Assembly: GCA_963712905.1 (NCBI GenBank)
Contig: CAVQJU010000001.1
Span: forward strand, 64,652 to 128,651
Length of the DNA: 64,000 nt
Reading direction: 5' to 3'
Origin: an uncultured Acidobacteriota bacterium
Lineage (GTDB): Bacteria > Acidobacteriota > Vicinamibacteria > Vicinamibacterales > CAVVIG01
Positions 23,647 to 32,227 of the stretch are shown here, in pieces. The position numbers and the translations under genes are program-made. The notes under the pieces were generated by a model. The model was given only the letters and a program-made list of their open reading frames with translations, searched no databases and was not told the origin of the DNA. Each line of letters starts with the position of its first letter. The first letter of the stretch is position 1.

Positions 23647-26600
23647 ATGAAGACACTCGTGTTCCTCGCCTGCATGGCCTGCGTGCCTTTTGTGCCAGGG
23701 CCCGCGTTCGCGCAGGCCGCCATTGGCGGCTCTGCAAGCGACTCCTCCGGCGCGCCGGTACCGGGTGTGCTCGTCGAAGCTGCCAGCCCCGCCCTCATCG
23801 AGCAAACTCGAACCGCCGTCACCGACGGCACGGGGCAGTACCGCATTGAAGATCTGCGGCCGGGTGTGTATACCGTCCGGTTCTCTCTCGAGCACTGGAA
23901 TTCCGTGCAACGCGAACACGTGGAACTGACGGGGTCGATCACGGCGATCGTCAACGCCGTTCTGACGGTGGGGCCGCTCGCGGAGACCGTCACCGTGAGC
24001 GGCGAGAGTCCCATCGTGGACGTCCGCAGCGCGCGGCACGAGGTCACGCTCACGGGCGAGCTCGTGCGTTCCGTGCCCACGGTTCGGAGCTACAACGCGC
24101 TGCTGGTTCTCGTGCCGGGCGTGACCACGAACACCAACGATACCGTCACGGGAACGGCGAGCACGTCGTTCCCGATCCATGGCGGCCGGACGAACGAGGG
24201 CCGTCTGACGCTCGACGGGTTGAATATCGGCAGCCCGCCGAGCGGCAACTCGGCGACGAGCTACGTCGTCGATACGGGCAACGCCCAGGAAGTCACGTTC
24301 ACGACGTCAGGCGCGCTCGGCGAGGCCGAAACCGCCGGCGTGGTGATGAACATCGTGCCGAAGACCGGCGGCAATGCCTTCGAGACCTCGTTCTTCGCGA
24401 GTGGCACGGGAGGGACGTTGCAGTCCGACAACCTGACGGCGTCACTCAGGAGCCAGGGTGTCGCGGCCGCCAGCCCGCTGACCAGGGTGTACGACGTGTC
24501 CGGAGTTTCCGGCGGGCCGATCGTGCGGAACCGCCTTTGGTACTTCGCCAACGCGCATGCGGGCGGCAGCACCCGGGAGAGCGCCAACGTTTACTACAAC
24601 CTCAACGCCGGCGATCCGGCACGCTGGCTCTACGCGCCGGACGTCAGCCGCCGCGAGTATTCCGACCGGACGTTCGAGAACGCCAGCGGCCGGGTGACAT
24701 GGCAGGTCACGCCGCGTAACCGTCTCAGCGGCTTCTGGGACGAGCAGAGCCTCTGCCGGAATTGCACAGGGGCTACGCCCGGTCTCGCGGAGCCGCAGCA
24801 GATTTCGCCCGAGGCGGTAGGTGTCCTGGGACGTCCGCTCCGGGTGTCGCAGGCCAGGTGGTGGTCGCCGATCACGAACCGCCTGTTTGTCGAGGCCGGT
24901 TACGGCGGGACGTCGTTCGGCGTCGGCAACTTCGAGCGGTCGCCGAACCCGACGCGCGATCTGATTCGCGTGACCGAACAGTGCGCCAGCGGCTGCGCGG
25001 CCAACGGCAACATACCGGGACTGGTCTACCGATCGCAGGATTTCAGCGTGGCCAATACGGGCTCGTATCTGTGGGCCGGCTCGCTGTCCTACATCACCGG
25101 CGCGCACTCGCTGAAGGTCGGCTATCAGCGCACGCTGATGACCGACGACCGGACGTGGTACACCAACGACCAGAACCTGGCCTACCGTTTCAACAACGGC
25201 GTGCCGAACCAGCTGACCGAGTCGATCTCGCCCTGGGTGAACAATGCGCGGGCCGCCTGGGACGGACTGTTCGTCCAGGAACAGTGGACGCACCGCCGTC
25301 TCACGTTGCAGGCGGCAATCCGGTTCGATTCTTCGCGCAGCTGGTTTCCTGCGCAACAGGAAGGTCCCTCGAGGTTCCTGCCCGCGCCGATTGTGATTCC
25401 GGAAACCCGCGGCGTCGACGGGTACAGTGACCTCGCGCCACGGGTCGGCGTCGCGTACGACCTGTCCGGAACGGGCAGGACGGCGATCAGGATGAACATC
25501 GGAAAATACCTGGAAGGCGTCGGCGTCTCTGGAACCTACGCCAACACCAACCCGACGCTCCGGATGCCGCAGACCACGTCCACGTTCGGCACTGCCGGCG
25601 TGACGAGGGCGTGGACCGACGCCAACGGAAATCTGAAGCCCGACTGCGACCTGCTGAACCCTGCGGCCCAGGATTTCCGGCCGTCCGGCGGCGACATGTG
25701 CGGCGTCATTTCCAATACGAGCTTCGGCCGGAACGTGCTGACCAACAATTTCGCGGCCGGGACGCTCGGCGGCTGGGGTGTGCGTCCGTCGGACTGGAAC
25801 GTCGGGCTCTCGATCGAGCAGCAGATCGGCACGAAGTCGTCGGTCGAAGTCACGTACACGCGCCGGACCTACAATGGTTTCTTCGTCGCGGACAACCTGG
25901 CGCTGCAGCCGTCGGATTTGACGCCGTACAGTATCGTGGCTCCGGTAGACCCCCGGCTGCCCGGCGGCGGCGGCTACGTCGTTTCCGGACTCTACGACGT
26001 CGTGCCGGCGAAGTCCGGGCAGGTGGACAACCTTGTCGACAGCGCGGAACGGTACGGCGCGTGGTCGCAGTCCTTCAACGGCGTGGACGTGACGACTCAC
26101 GTCCGGGTTGGCAGCCGCTTCGTGCTCGTTGGCGGAGCGAGCACGGGGCAGACCGTCGCCGACAACTGCGACGTTCGCGCTCGGCTGCCGGAGCTCGCGA
26201 CGACGACGACCGGGACGAGCGCGTTCGGCGCGGGGCTGAACGGCTCGGCGGTGACGGCCGTGAGCCCGTACTGCCACGCCGCTTACGGGTGGCTCACGCA
26301 GGCGCGGGGCCTCACGTCGTACGTGGTGCCGAAGGCCGAAGTCGAGCTGTCGGCGACGTTCCAGAGCAAGCCGGGAGCGATGCTGGCGGCCAACTACGCG
26401 GCGCCGAACTCGGCGGTCGCGCCGTCGCTCGGGAGAAATCTTTCCGGCAACGCGGCCAATGTGACGGTGAATCTCGTGGCGCCCGGCGAGATGTACGGCG
26501 ATCGCATCAACCAGTTCGACCTCCGTGTCGGCAAGATGCTGAAGCTGGGCCGCTCGCGAACGCGGCTGGCGTTGGACGTCTACAACGCGCTCAACTCCAG

Positions 26601-26709
26601 CGCTGTCCTGACGTACAACAACGCGTACGTTCCCGGCGGGACATGGCTGCAGCCGATGACGATCCTCACGCCGCGGTTGTTCCGGCTCTCCGCCGAGGTC
26701 GACTTCTGA
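23647..26709 (+). CDS. TonB-dependent-receptor-like outer-membrane protein with carboxypeptidase-regulatory-like N-domain
   Basis: A signal peptide is followed by a CarboxypepD_reg-like segment (PVPGVLVEAAS...TDGTGQYRIEDLRPGVYTVRF). Then comes about 900 aa of beta-strand-rich sequence ending in an aromatic residue (AEVDF). The 1020-aa ORF is intact. Confidence 0.85.
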   Translation: MKTLVFLACMACVPFVPGPAFAQAAIGGSASDSSGAPVPGVLVEAASPALIEQTRTAVTDGTGQYRIEDLRPGVYTVRFSLEHWNSVQREHVELTGSITAIVNAVLTVGPLAETVTVSGESPIVDVRSARHEVTLTGELVRSVPTVRSYNALLVLVPGVTTNTNDTVTGTASTSFPIHGGRTNEGRLTLDGLNIGSPPSGNSATSYVVDTGNAQEVTFTTSGALGEAETAGVVMNIVPKTGGNAFETSFFASGTGGTLQSDNLTASLRSQGVAAASPLTRVYDVSGVSGGPIVRNRLWYFANAHAGGSTRESANVYYNLNAGDPARWLYAPDVSRREYSDRTFENASGRVTWQVTPRNRLSGFWDEQSLCRNCTGATPGLAEPQQISPEAVGVLGRPLRVSQARWWSPITNRLFVEAGYGGTSFGVGNFERSPNPTRDLIRVTEQCASGCAANGNIPGLVYRSQDFSVANTGSYLWAGSLSYITGAHSLKVGYQRTLMTDDRTWYTNDQNLAYRFNNGVPNQLTESISPWVNNARAAWDGLFVQEQWTHRRLTLQAAIRFDSSRSWFPAQQEGPSRFLPAPIVIPETRGVDGYSDLAPRVGVAYDLSGTGRTAIRMNIGKYLEGVGVSGTYANTNPTLRMPQTTSTFGTAGVTRAWTDANGNLKPDCDLLNPAAQDFRPSGGDMCGVISNTSFGRNVLTNNFAAGTLGGWGVRPSDWNVGLSIEQQIGTKSSVEVTYTRRTYNGFFVADNLALQPSDLTPYSIVAPVDPRLPGGGGYVVSGLYDVVPAKSGQVDNLVDSAERYGAWSQSFNGVDVTTHVRVGSRFVLVGGASTGQTVADNCDVRARLPELATTTTGTSAFGAGLNGSAVTAVSPYCHAAYGWLTQARGLTSYVVPKAEVELSATFQSKPGAMLAANYAAPNSAVAPSLGRNLSGNAANVTVNLVAPGEMYGDRINQFDLRVGKMLKLGRSRTRLALDVYNALNSSAVLTYNNAYVPGGTWLQPMTILTPRLFRLSAEVDF

Positions 26710-28574
26710 TGCCCCGCGCGCCGATCGGACCGGGTCGTGCCGCCGTTCGCCGATGCCTGATGGTTGCGCTCGGCGCCGCCCTGGCGCTCGGCGCGCAGCG
26801 GGTCTCGGCGGCGGAGGGCGTGAAAGAAGTGCTGGTCCTCTATTCCACCAACCGGGAGGCGCAGATCGCCGTCATCGGCGAGCGCGAGATGCCGCGAACC
26901 CTCGAACAGGGCCTGGGCCAGGGCCAGGTCCTCGATTACTACTCCGAGTACATCGATCGGGCGAGGTTTCCCGACGAAAAATACAGGAACGGCTTTCGCG
27001 AATTCCTGCGCGTGAAATACAACGGCCGGAAATTCGACGTCATCATCGCCATGCAGGACCTCGCCCTCGAGTTGGTCGGCGGCAGCCGGAACGAACTGTT
27101 TCCCGGAACGCCGGTCGTGTTCTTCGCGACGTCCGAGGCCACCAAACGCATCCCGAATTCGACCGGACTGATTGCCCATCTGAACTTCGCCGGCACGCTC
27201 GAACTGGCCGGCCGGATGCAGCCGGAGGTCCGGAACGTGTTCGTCGTTGCCGGCGCCGACCCGGGGTCGCTCGAGTACGTGGCAGCGGCAAAGGAACAGT
27301 TCCGGCCGTTCGCCGGGCGGTTCGCGATCACCTACCTGACCGGCCTGCCGACGCAGCAGCTCGAAGCCCGGCTCTCGACGCTGCCGCCGAATTCCATCAT
27401 CTACTACCTGCTGGTCTACCGGGACGGCGCGGGCGAGAATTTCAATCCGCTCGACTATGTCGAGCGCCTGAGCGGCGTGGCCAACGCGCCAATCTATTCC
27501 TGGGTGGATTCGACGATGGATCGCCGGACCGTCGGTGGCAGCCTCAAGAGCCAGGTGGCCGAAGTCGACGCGGTCGCGGGTCTGGCGTTGCGCGTGCTGA
27601 AAGGGGAGCGGGCCGACGACGTCCCGATGTCGACCCACGATCTGAACATCAACCAGGTCGATTGGCGCGAGTTGAAGCGATGGGGGATCAGCGAGGCGCT
27701 CCTGCCTCCCGGCACGCTCGTCGCGCACCGGCAGCCCTCGATCTGGGATCGCTACGGCTTGTACATCCTGGGGGCCCTGGCGCTGCTGGGTGCTCAGACG
27801 GTGCTGATCGCGGCCTTGCTGGTTCAACGGACGAGACGGCGGCAGGCCGAAGAGCGCGTAATCGGAGGCCAGGAGGCGCTGCGTACGAGCTACGAACGAA
27901 TTCGCGATCTGGGCGGCAGACTCCTGAGCGCCCAGGAAACGGAGCGGTCGCGCATCGCCCGCGAGCTGCACGACGACATCAGCCAGCAGGTCGCGCTGCT
28001 GTCGATCGATCTCGAGCTGCTGGACGGGAAAGCCGGCGGCGCCGGGCAGCAGCTCGCCGGCGACGCGCTCAATCGCACGCAGCAGATCGCGAAGAGCCTG
28101 CACGATCTGTCGCACCGGCTGCACCCCGCCAAGCTGCGGCTGATCGGCCTGGTCCCCGCCATCAACGGCCTCCGCCAGGAACTTGCGCAGTCCGGCATCG
28201 CCGTCACGCTCACCCACGAGAACGTGCCGCCCGTGCTCCCGCCCGATGTCACCTTGTGCCTGTTCCGCATCGTCCAGGAGGCGCTGCAGAACGCGCTCAA
28301 ACACGGGCGCGCGCGGAAGGTCTCGGTGGACTTGAGGGCCAGCACCGGCGCGCTGGTCCTGACGATTGTCGATGACGGCGTAGGGTTTGACGTCAATGCG
28401 GCCTGGGGGCGCGGGCTCGGCTTGATCAGCATGAACGAGCGTGTCGAGGCCATCGGGGGATCGATGACGATTGGCTCGCATCCGGGCTCGGGGACCCGCC
28501 TCGAGGTCGCCGTGCCCGTGGACGCGATGGAGGACGCCATCGGGGCCGGCTTACGGGATGCCGATTCTGCATAG
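26709..28574 (+). CDS. Sensor histidine kinase (periplasmic ABC-substrate-binding-like domain, HisKA_3, HATPase)
   Basis: A signal/TM segment is followed by about 330 aa of periplasmic domain, then a TM helix (LYILGALALLGAQTVLIAALLV). The H-box is ERSRIARELHDDISQ, with an N-box and G-box (DDGVGF, GLGLISMNERV). The ATG at 26709 overlaps the receptor stop (TGATG). Confidence 0.85.
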   Translation: MPRAPIGPGRAAVRRCLMVALGAALALGAQRVSAAEGVKEVLVLYSTNREAQIAVIGEREMPRTLEQGLGQGQVLDYYSEYIDRARFPDEKYRNGFREFLRVKYNGRKFDVIIAMQDLALELVGGSRNELFPGTPVVFFATSEATKRIPNSTGLIAHLNFAGTLELAGRMQPEVRNVFVVAGADPGSLEYVAAAKEQFRPFAGRFAITYLTGLPTQQLEARLSTLPPNSIIYYLLVYRDGAGENFNPLDYVERLSGVANAPIYSWVDSTMDRRTVGGSLKSQVAEVDAVAGLALRVLKGERADDVPMSTHDLNINQVDWRELKRWGISEALLPPGTLVAHRQPSIWDRYGLYILGALALLGAQTVLIAALLVQRTRRRQAEERVIGGQEALRTSYERIRDLGGRLLSAQETERSRIARELHDDISQQVALLSIDLELLDGKAGGAGQQLAGDALNRTQQIAKSLHDLSHRLHPAKLRLIGLVPAINGLRQELAQSGIAVTLTHENVPPVLPPDVTLCLFRIVQEALQNALKHGRARKVSVDLRASTGALVLTIVDDGVGFDVNAAWGRGLGLISMNERVEAIGGSMTIGSHPGSGTRLEVAVPVDAMEDAIGAGLRDADSA

Positions 28575-28673
28575 CGTCGTCACCCGCCTGTTTCGTAACG
28601 TGCAAGCGTGTGGATGCCGGACGCGAGTGCCACTGCCGATCGTGCAGCCCTGGTGAACTGTACACTAGCGATC

Positions 28674-29303
28674 ATGGCGCCCCCTCGAGTCCTGCTTGCC
28701 GACGATCACGTGCTGCTGCTCGGCGCTTTTGCGAAGCTGCTGATGGAGGACTGCGACATCGTCGGCCAGGTGTCGGACGGTCGCGCGCTGGTGGCCGCGG
28801 CCGAGACGCTGAAGCCCGACGTCATCGTTCTCGACATCGCGATGCCGCTGCTCAACGGCCTCGAGGCCGGACGGCAGATCAAACAGAAGCTGCGGCACGT
28901 CAAGCTGGTCTTCCTGACCATGAACGAAGACGGCGACCTGGCGGCCGAAGCGTTCCGGTCCGGCGCGTCCGCGTACTTGCTGAAGCGGTCGGCGGCATCC
29001 GAGTTGCAAGTGGCGATCCGCGAAGTCATGCAGGGACGTACGTACATCACGCCGCTCGTGGCCGAGGGTCTCGTCGGCTCGTTCGTGCATGCCGGCGAGC
29101 CCGGTCCCTCCGACGAGTTGACGCCGCGGCAGCGGGAAGTCCTGCAGTTGCTTGCAGAAGGCCGTTCGATGAAGGAGGTCGGCACCGTGCTGAATCTCAC
29201 CGCCCGGACGGTTGCGTTTCACAAGTACCGGATCATGGAACAGCTGAAAGTGAAAACCACCGCCGAGCTGATTCGCTATGCCGTCAAACACCACATTGTC
29301 TGA
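28674..29303 (+). CDS. NarL/FixJ (LuxR-type HTH) response regulator
   Basis: A receiver domain (VLLADDH ... VIVLDIAMP ... VFLTM) is joined to a LuxR HTH (LTPRQREVLQLLAEGRSMKEVGTVLNLTARTVAFHKYRIMEQL). The start is taken at ATG 28674. Confidence 0.9.
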   Translation: MAPPRVLLADDHVLLLGAFAKLLMEDCDIVGQVSDGRALVAAAETLKPDVIVLDIAMPLLNGLEAGRQIKQKLRHVKLVFLTMNEDGDLAAEAFRSGASAYLLKRSAASELQVAIREVMQGRTYITPLVAEGLVGSFVHAGEPGPSDELTPRQREVLQLLAEGRSMKEVGTVLNLTARTVAFHKYRIMEQLKVKTTAELIRYAVKHHIV

Positions 29304-29697
29304 GATCGTCGGAATCGCGCGCGTGCTCCTCGTTGACGACAACGAGGCGATGCTCGCTCGCGCGGCGGCGGTGCTCGCCTCCGGCTGCGACGTCGTTGGA
29401 ACGGCCAGGGACGGTCAGGCCGCACTGGCGGCGGCCGAGGCGCTCGACCCGGATGTGATCGTGCTCGACATCTCCATGCCCGGCATGAGCGGGCTCGAGG
29501 TGGCGGCGCGCCTCCGCAGATCCGGATCGAGGGCCGGCCTGGTATTCCTCACCGTGCACGACGAAGAGGAGTTCGTTCTGGCGGCAAAGGCCGCAGGCGG
29601 CAAGGGCTACGTGGTCAAGGGGCGGCTGGTGTCCGATCTGCTGACCGCCGTGCGGGAGGTTCGAGCGGGAGGCTCGTTCGTTTCAGCGATCCGCTGA
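29278..29697 (+). CDS. Single-domain response regulator (CheY-like)
   Basis: Receiver motifs are present (VLLVDDNEAML, DVIVLDISMPGMSG, VFLTVHDEE, GYVVKG) with no output domain. The start is uncertain, since it overlaps the previous gene by 26 nt. Confidence 0.8.
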   Translation: MPSNTTLSEIVGIARVLLVDDNEAMLARAAAVLASGCDVVGTARDGQAALAAAEALDPDVIVLDISMPGMSGLEVAARLRRSGSRAGLVFLTVHDEEEFVLAAKAAGGKGYVVKGRLVSDLLTAVREVRAGGSFVSAIR

Positions 29698-30015
29698 GTC
29701 CCGCTCGCGGATTTCGGTGATGTAATCCAGCCCGCGCGTCGAAGACAGAAAGTCGAACCTGACTTCCGGCGTTTTTTCCGCCGCTTCGACGATGCCGAGC
29801 ACTGATGTGAACGTGTCCGACCGCACCCGCCGCTGCATATCCTGCTCGGTGGCCCATTCCTCGAGGTAGTGCACGGTTGAATCGGGCTCGGACCAGGCCG
29901 TGCACAGCAGACATCCCTGCTCGAGGCGCGTCGGCACCATCAGCGACCACAGCGCATCCATCAGGCGCGGGGCGCGGGACGGGGAGACGGCCAGGACCAT
30001 CGAGAGTCGCACCAT
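29683..30015 (-). CDS. Antibiotic-biosynthesis-monooxygenase (ABM/YgiN-like) domain protein
   Basis: About 100-aa ferredoxin-like fold pattern (C-terminal half HYLEEWATEQDMQRRVRSDTF). The assignment is tentative. Confidence 0.55.
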   Translation of the reverse strand: MVRLSMVLAVSPSRAPRLMDALWSLMVPTRLEQGCLLCTAWSEPDSTVHYLEEWATEQDMQRRVRSDTFTSVLGIVEAAEKTPEVRFDFLSSTRGLDYITEIRERDSADR

Positions 30016-30280
30016 AAGCCACGCATAAGCACTACCCGTTCCACGTCTTCCACAACGACACGCTGACCCTTTTGAGGATTGCTGCGTCAGTTGCTAATTG
30101 CCGAGCCGGGCCTTCGCCTGTCGAGGCCTCCGATATCCCGGAGTTACTCCGCGTAACCGGTGTGCAAGATGGGACGCGCAACAGGAATAATCTGCGCGCC
30201 GTTCGGGTTATGCTGTGAATTCCGCCGAGAATCCGTCGAAGTCAGGGTCGAGGGTTCGTTCCGACGGGACGCTGCACGAC

Positions 30281-30295
30281 GGCACGACGCGTGCT
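30281..30295 (+). promoter_or_regulatory. Sigma-54 (-24/-12) promoter of the first DUF3011-porin gene
   Basis: GGCACGACGCGTGCT matches GGCACG-N4-(T)TGCW with the correct GG-N10-GC spacing. It lies 50 nt upstream of the ATG at 30345. A near-identical copy lies at 32201. Confidence 0.6.
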
Positions 30296-30344
30296 GCAAG
30301 CCCTGTCGTGCCGGTGCGCCTGAAGCCCTGCAAGGAGATCCTGT

Positions 30345-31952
30345 TTGAATTCACGTGCGATTCTCGCGATGACGAAGGTGTGCGTTCTCGTGCTGGTGAC
30401 GGCTTCAACGGCGCGGGCACAGTCTGCTGACGCCGCCGGCCAGCCGATTGTGGCTGAGGAGGTCTCTCCATTTGCGGCTGACCAGGCGGCTGCGCCTGCG
30501 GGTGGTCAGGCCGCATTGCCTTCGGGCGGCCAGGCGGCCAACCTCGTGACCTGCTCGTCGCAACTTGGTCAGCGCATCCAGTGTTCGTTCGACACCTCAA
30601 AGGGCGTCGCGCTCGTCCGATCGAGGGGCGCCGCTCCATGTCTCTTCGGCGACACGTGGGGCTTCGACGCCGCGGGCATCTGGGTCTCGGACGGTTGCAG
30701 CGGCGTATTCCTTGTCGGCGGGGTGGCGCAGGTGCAGACGACGGAGGTCAAGCAGAAGGCGCCTTCGTATGTGCCGAACGGGGGATTCCTGCTCTACGAC
30801 GGCGAAAAGGGACAGGTCTACTTCCGGCTGATGACCTACGCGCGCTATCTGAATCAGCGGAACCTCGACGAGACGTACGTGGACGCCTTCGGCAACACGA
30901 AGTCGGTGCAGCGGCGCCAGGACATGCAGCTCCAGAAATTCTTCGCGCCGTTTTCAGGCTGGTTCCTCGATCCCCGGTTCCGGTATTACTTGTACGTCTG
31001 GTCGTCGAACGCGGCTCAGGGCGATCCGGCACAGGTGGTCGGCGCCGGCAACATCAGCTGGACGTGGAACCGGTTCGCCACCGCCGGCTTCGGCATCACC
31101 TCGCTGCCGTCCGTCCGCAGTACCGAGGGGCAGTTCCCGTACTGGCTCGGCGTAGACGACCGCCTCATCGCCGACGAGTTCTTCCGCGGTTCGTACACGA
31201 CCGGCGCCTGGCTGGGGGGCGAGATCGCCGCGAACGTGAAGTACAAGGCGATGGTCGGCAACAACCTGAGCACGCTGGGCGTCAGCGCGGCGCAGCTCGA
31301 CAACAAGTTCAACACCCAGGCCTTTGTGCTCACGTGGCTGCCGACGACGGGTGAGTTCGGGTTGTACAGCACCTTCGGCGACTACGACGATCACCAGAAG
31401 GTCGCCACCAGGGCCGGCTGGCACTACACGCACAGCGTCGAGGACAAACAGTCCCAGCCCGGCACCGAGGGCATCGAGAACAGCCAGATCCGGCTCACCG
31501 ACGGCAGCGTCATCTTCACGCCGAATCTGTTCGGCGCCGGCACCACCGTGAACGAGGTGAACTACCAGATGATGAGCATCGACGGTGGGGTGAAATACAA
31601 GGGCATGTCAGTCGAGGGCGAGTACTACCGCCGCTGGCTGAACAACTACGTCGGCGTCAACACCGGGGGGATCCCCGACATCAGCGACAACGGCTATCAG
31701 ATGCAGACGTCGGCGATGGCGGTGCCGAAGACGCTCCAGCTGTACTTCAGCTGGTCGCAGATATTCGGCAACTACGGCAATCCGTGGGAGTGGCGAGCGG
31801 GCGAGAACTGGTACTTCCTGAAGCAGCGCGGCGTTCGCGTCAACGCCGAGTTCATCCACGTCAACAAGAGCCCGGTCGGCTATACGTCGTACCCGATGCC
31901 GGTCGGCGCGAACGGCAACATCATTCACCTCAATCTCGAGATGAACTTCTGA
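30345..31952 (+). CDS. DUF3011-domain / porin-like beta-barrel fusion protein
   Basis: A signal peptide and low-complexity linker are followed by a Cys-rich module (VTCSSQLGQRIQCSFD...APCLFGDTWGFDAAGIWVSDGCSGVF) that matches my memory of DUF3011. About 400 aa of porin-like sequence then ends in ...LNLEMNF. The ORF is intact. Confidence 0.8.
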   Translation: MNSRAILAMTKVCVLVLVTASTARAQSADAAGQPIVAEEVSPFAADQAAAPAGGQAALPSGGQAANLVTCSSQLGQRIQCSFDTSKGVALVRSRGAAPCLFGDTWGFDAAGIWVSDGCSGVFLVGGVAQVQTTEVKQKAPSYVPNGGFLLYDGEKGQVYFRLMTYARYLNQRNLDETYVDAFGNTKSVQRRQDMQLQKFFAPFSGWFLDPRFRYYLYVWSSNAAQGDPAQVVGAGNISWTWNRFATAGFGITSLPSVRSTEGQFPYWLGVDDRLIADEFFRGSYTTGAWLGGEIAANVKYKAMVGNNLSTLGVSAAQLDNKFNTQAFVLTWLPTTGEFGLYSTFGDYDDHQKVATRAGWHYTHSVEDKQSQPGTEGIENSQIRLTDGSVIFTPNLFGAGTTVNEVNYQMMSIDGGVKYKGMSVEGEYYRRWLNNYVGVNTGGIPDISDNGYQMQTSAMAVPKTLQLYFSWSQIFGNYGNPWEWRAGENWYFLKQRGVRVNAEFIHVNKSPVGYTSYPMPVGANGNIIHLNLEMNF

Positions 31953-32053
31953 TCCATGCCGGCCTGCACAGCCGCTCGATTCGTCGACTGCACTGGGGGG
32001 AGCCGGGGAACCGGCAGCGACGCTCCACGCCTAATGGGGGAGTCGAGCCACCC

Positions 32054-32084
32054 GGACTTTCCGGCGGGGCCGGTGGAAAAGTCC
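32054..32084 (+). terminator. Possible terminator hairpin between the two DUF3011-porin genes
   Basis: GGACTTTCC-ggcggggccggt-GGAAAAGTCC forms 9 bp with one bulge, about 100 nt after the stop at 31952. No U-tract follows. Confidence 0.3.
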
Positions 32085-32200
32085 CCGGCAGTACGAGCTC
32101 GGACGCGGGAGGGCTTCTGGTGCCCCGCCAATTCGTCAGAAATCCTAGCGTTTCTGCGTGACCTTGCGTCAGCGGCCCCGCGGACCGTTTGGTCGTCAAC

Positions 32201-32215
32201 GGCACGGCGCGTGCT
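32201..32215 (+). promoter_or_regulatory. Sigma-54 (-24/-12) promoter of the second DUF3011-porin gene / downstream operon
   Basis: GGCACGGCGCGTGCT differs from the 30281 copy at a single spacer position. Confidence 0.6.
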
Positions 32216-32227
32216 CCCGCCGGGTGT

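Noticed and set aside
30160-30348. 62-aa Cys-rich ORF upstream of the first DUF3011-porin gene
   Set aside because: It spans the sigma-54 promoter and leader of the downstream gene, has no RBS, and its Cys content simply reflects TGC/GCA-rich regulatory sequence. The amino-acid resemblance between 30215..30430 and the start of 32189.. is explained by the shared promoter 15-mer at the DNA level.
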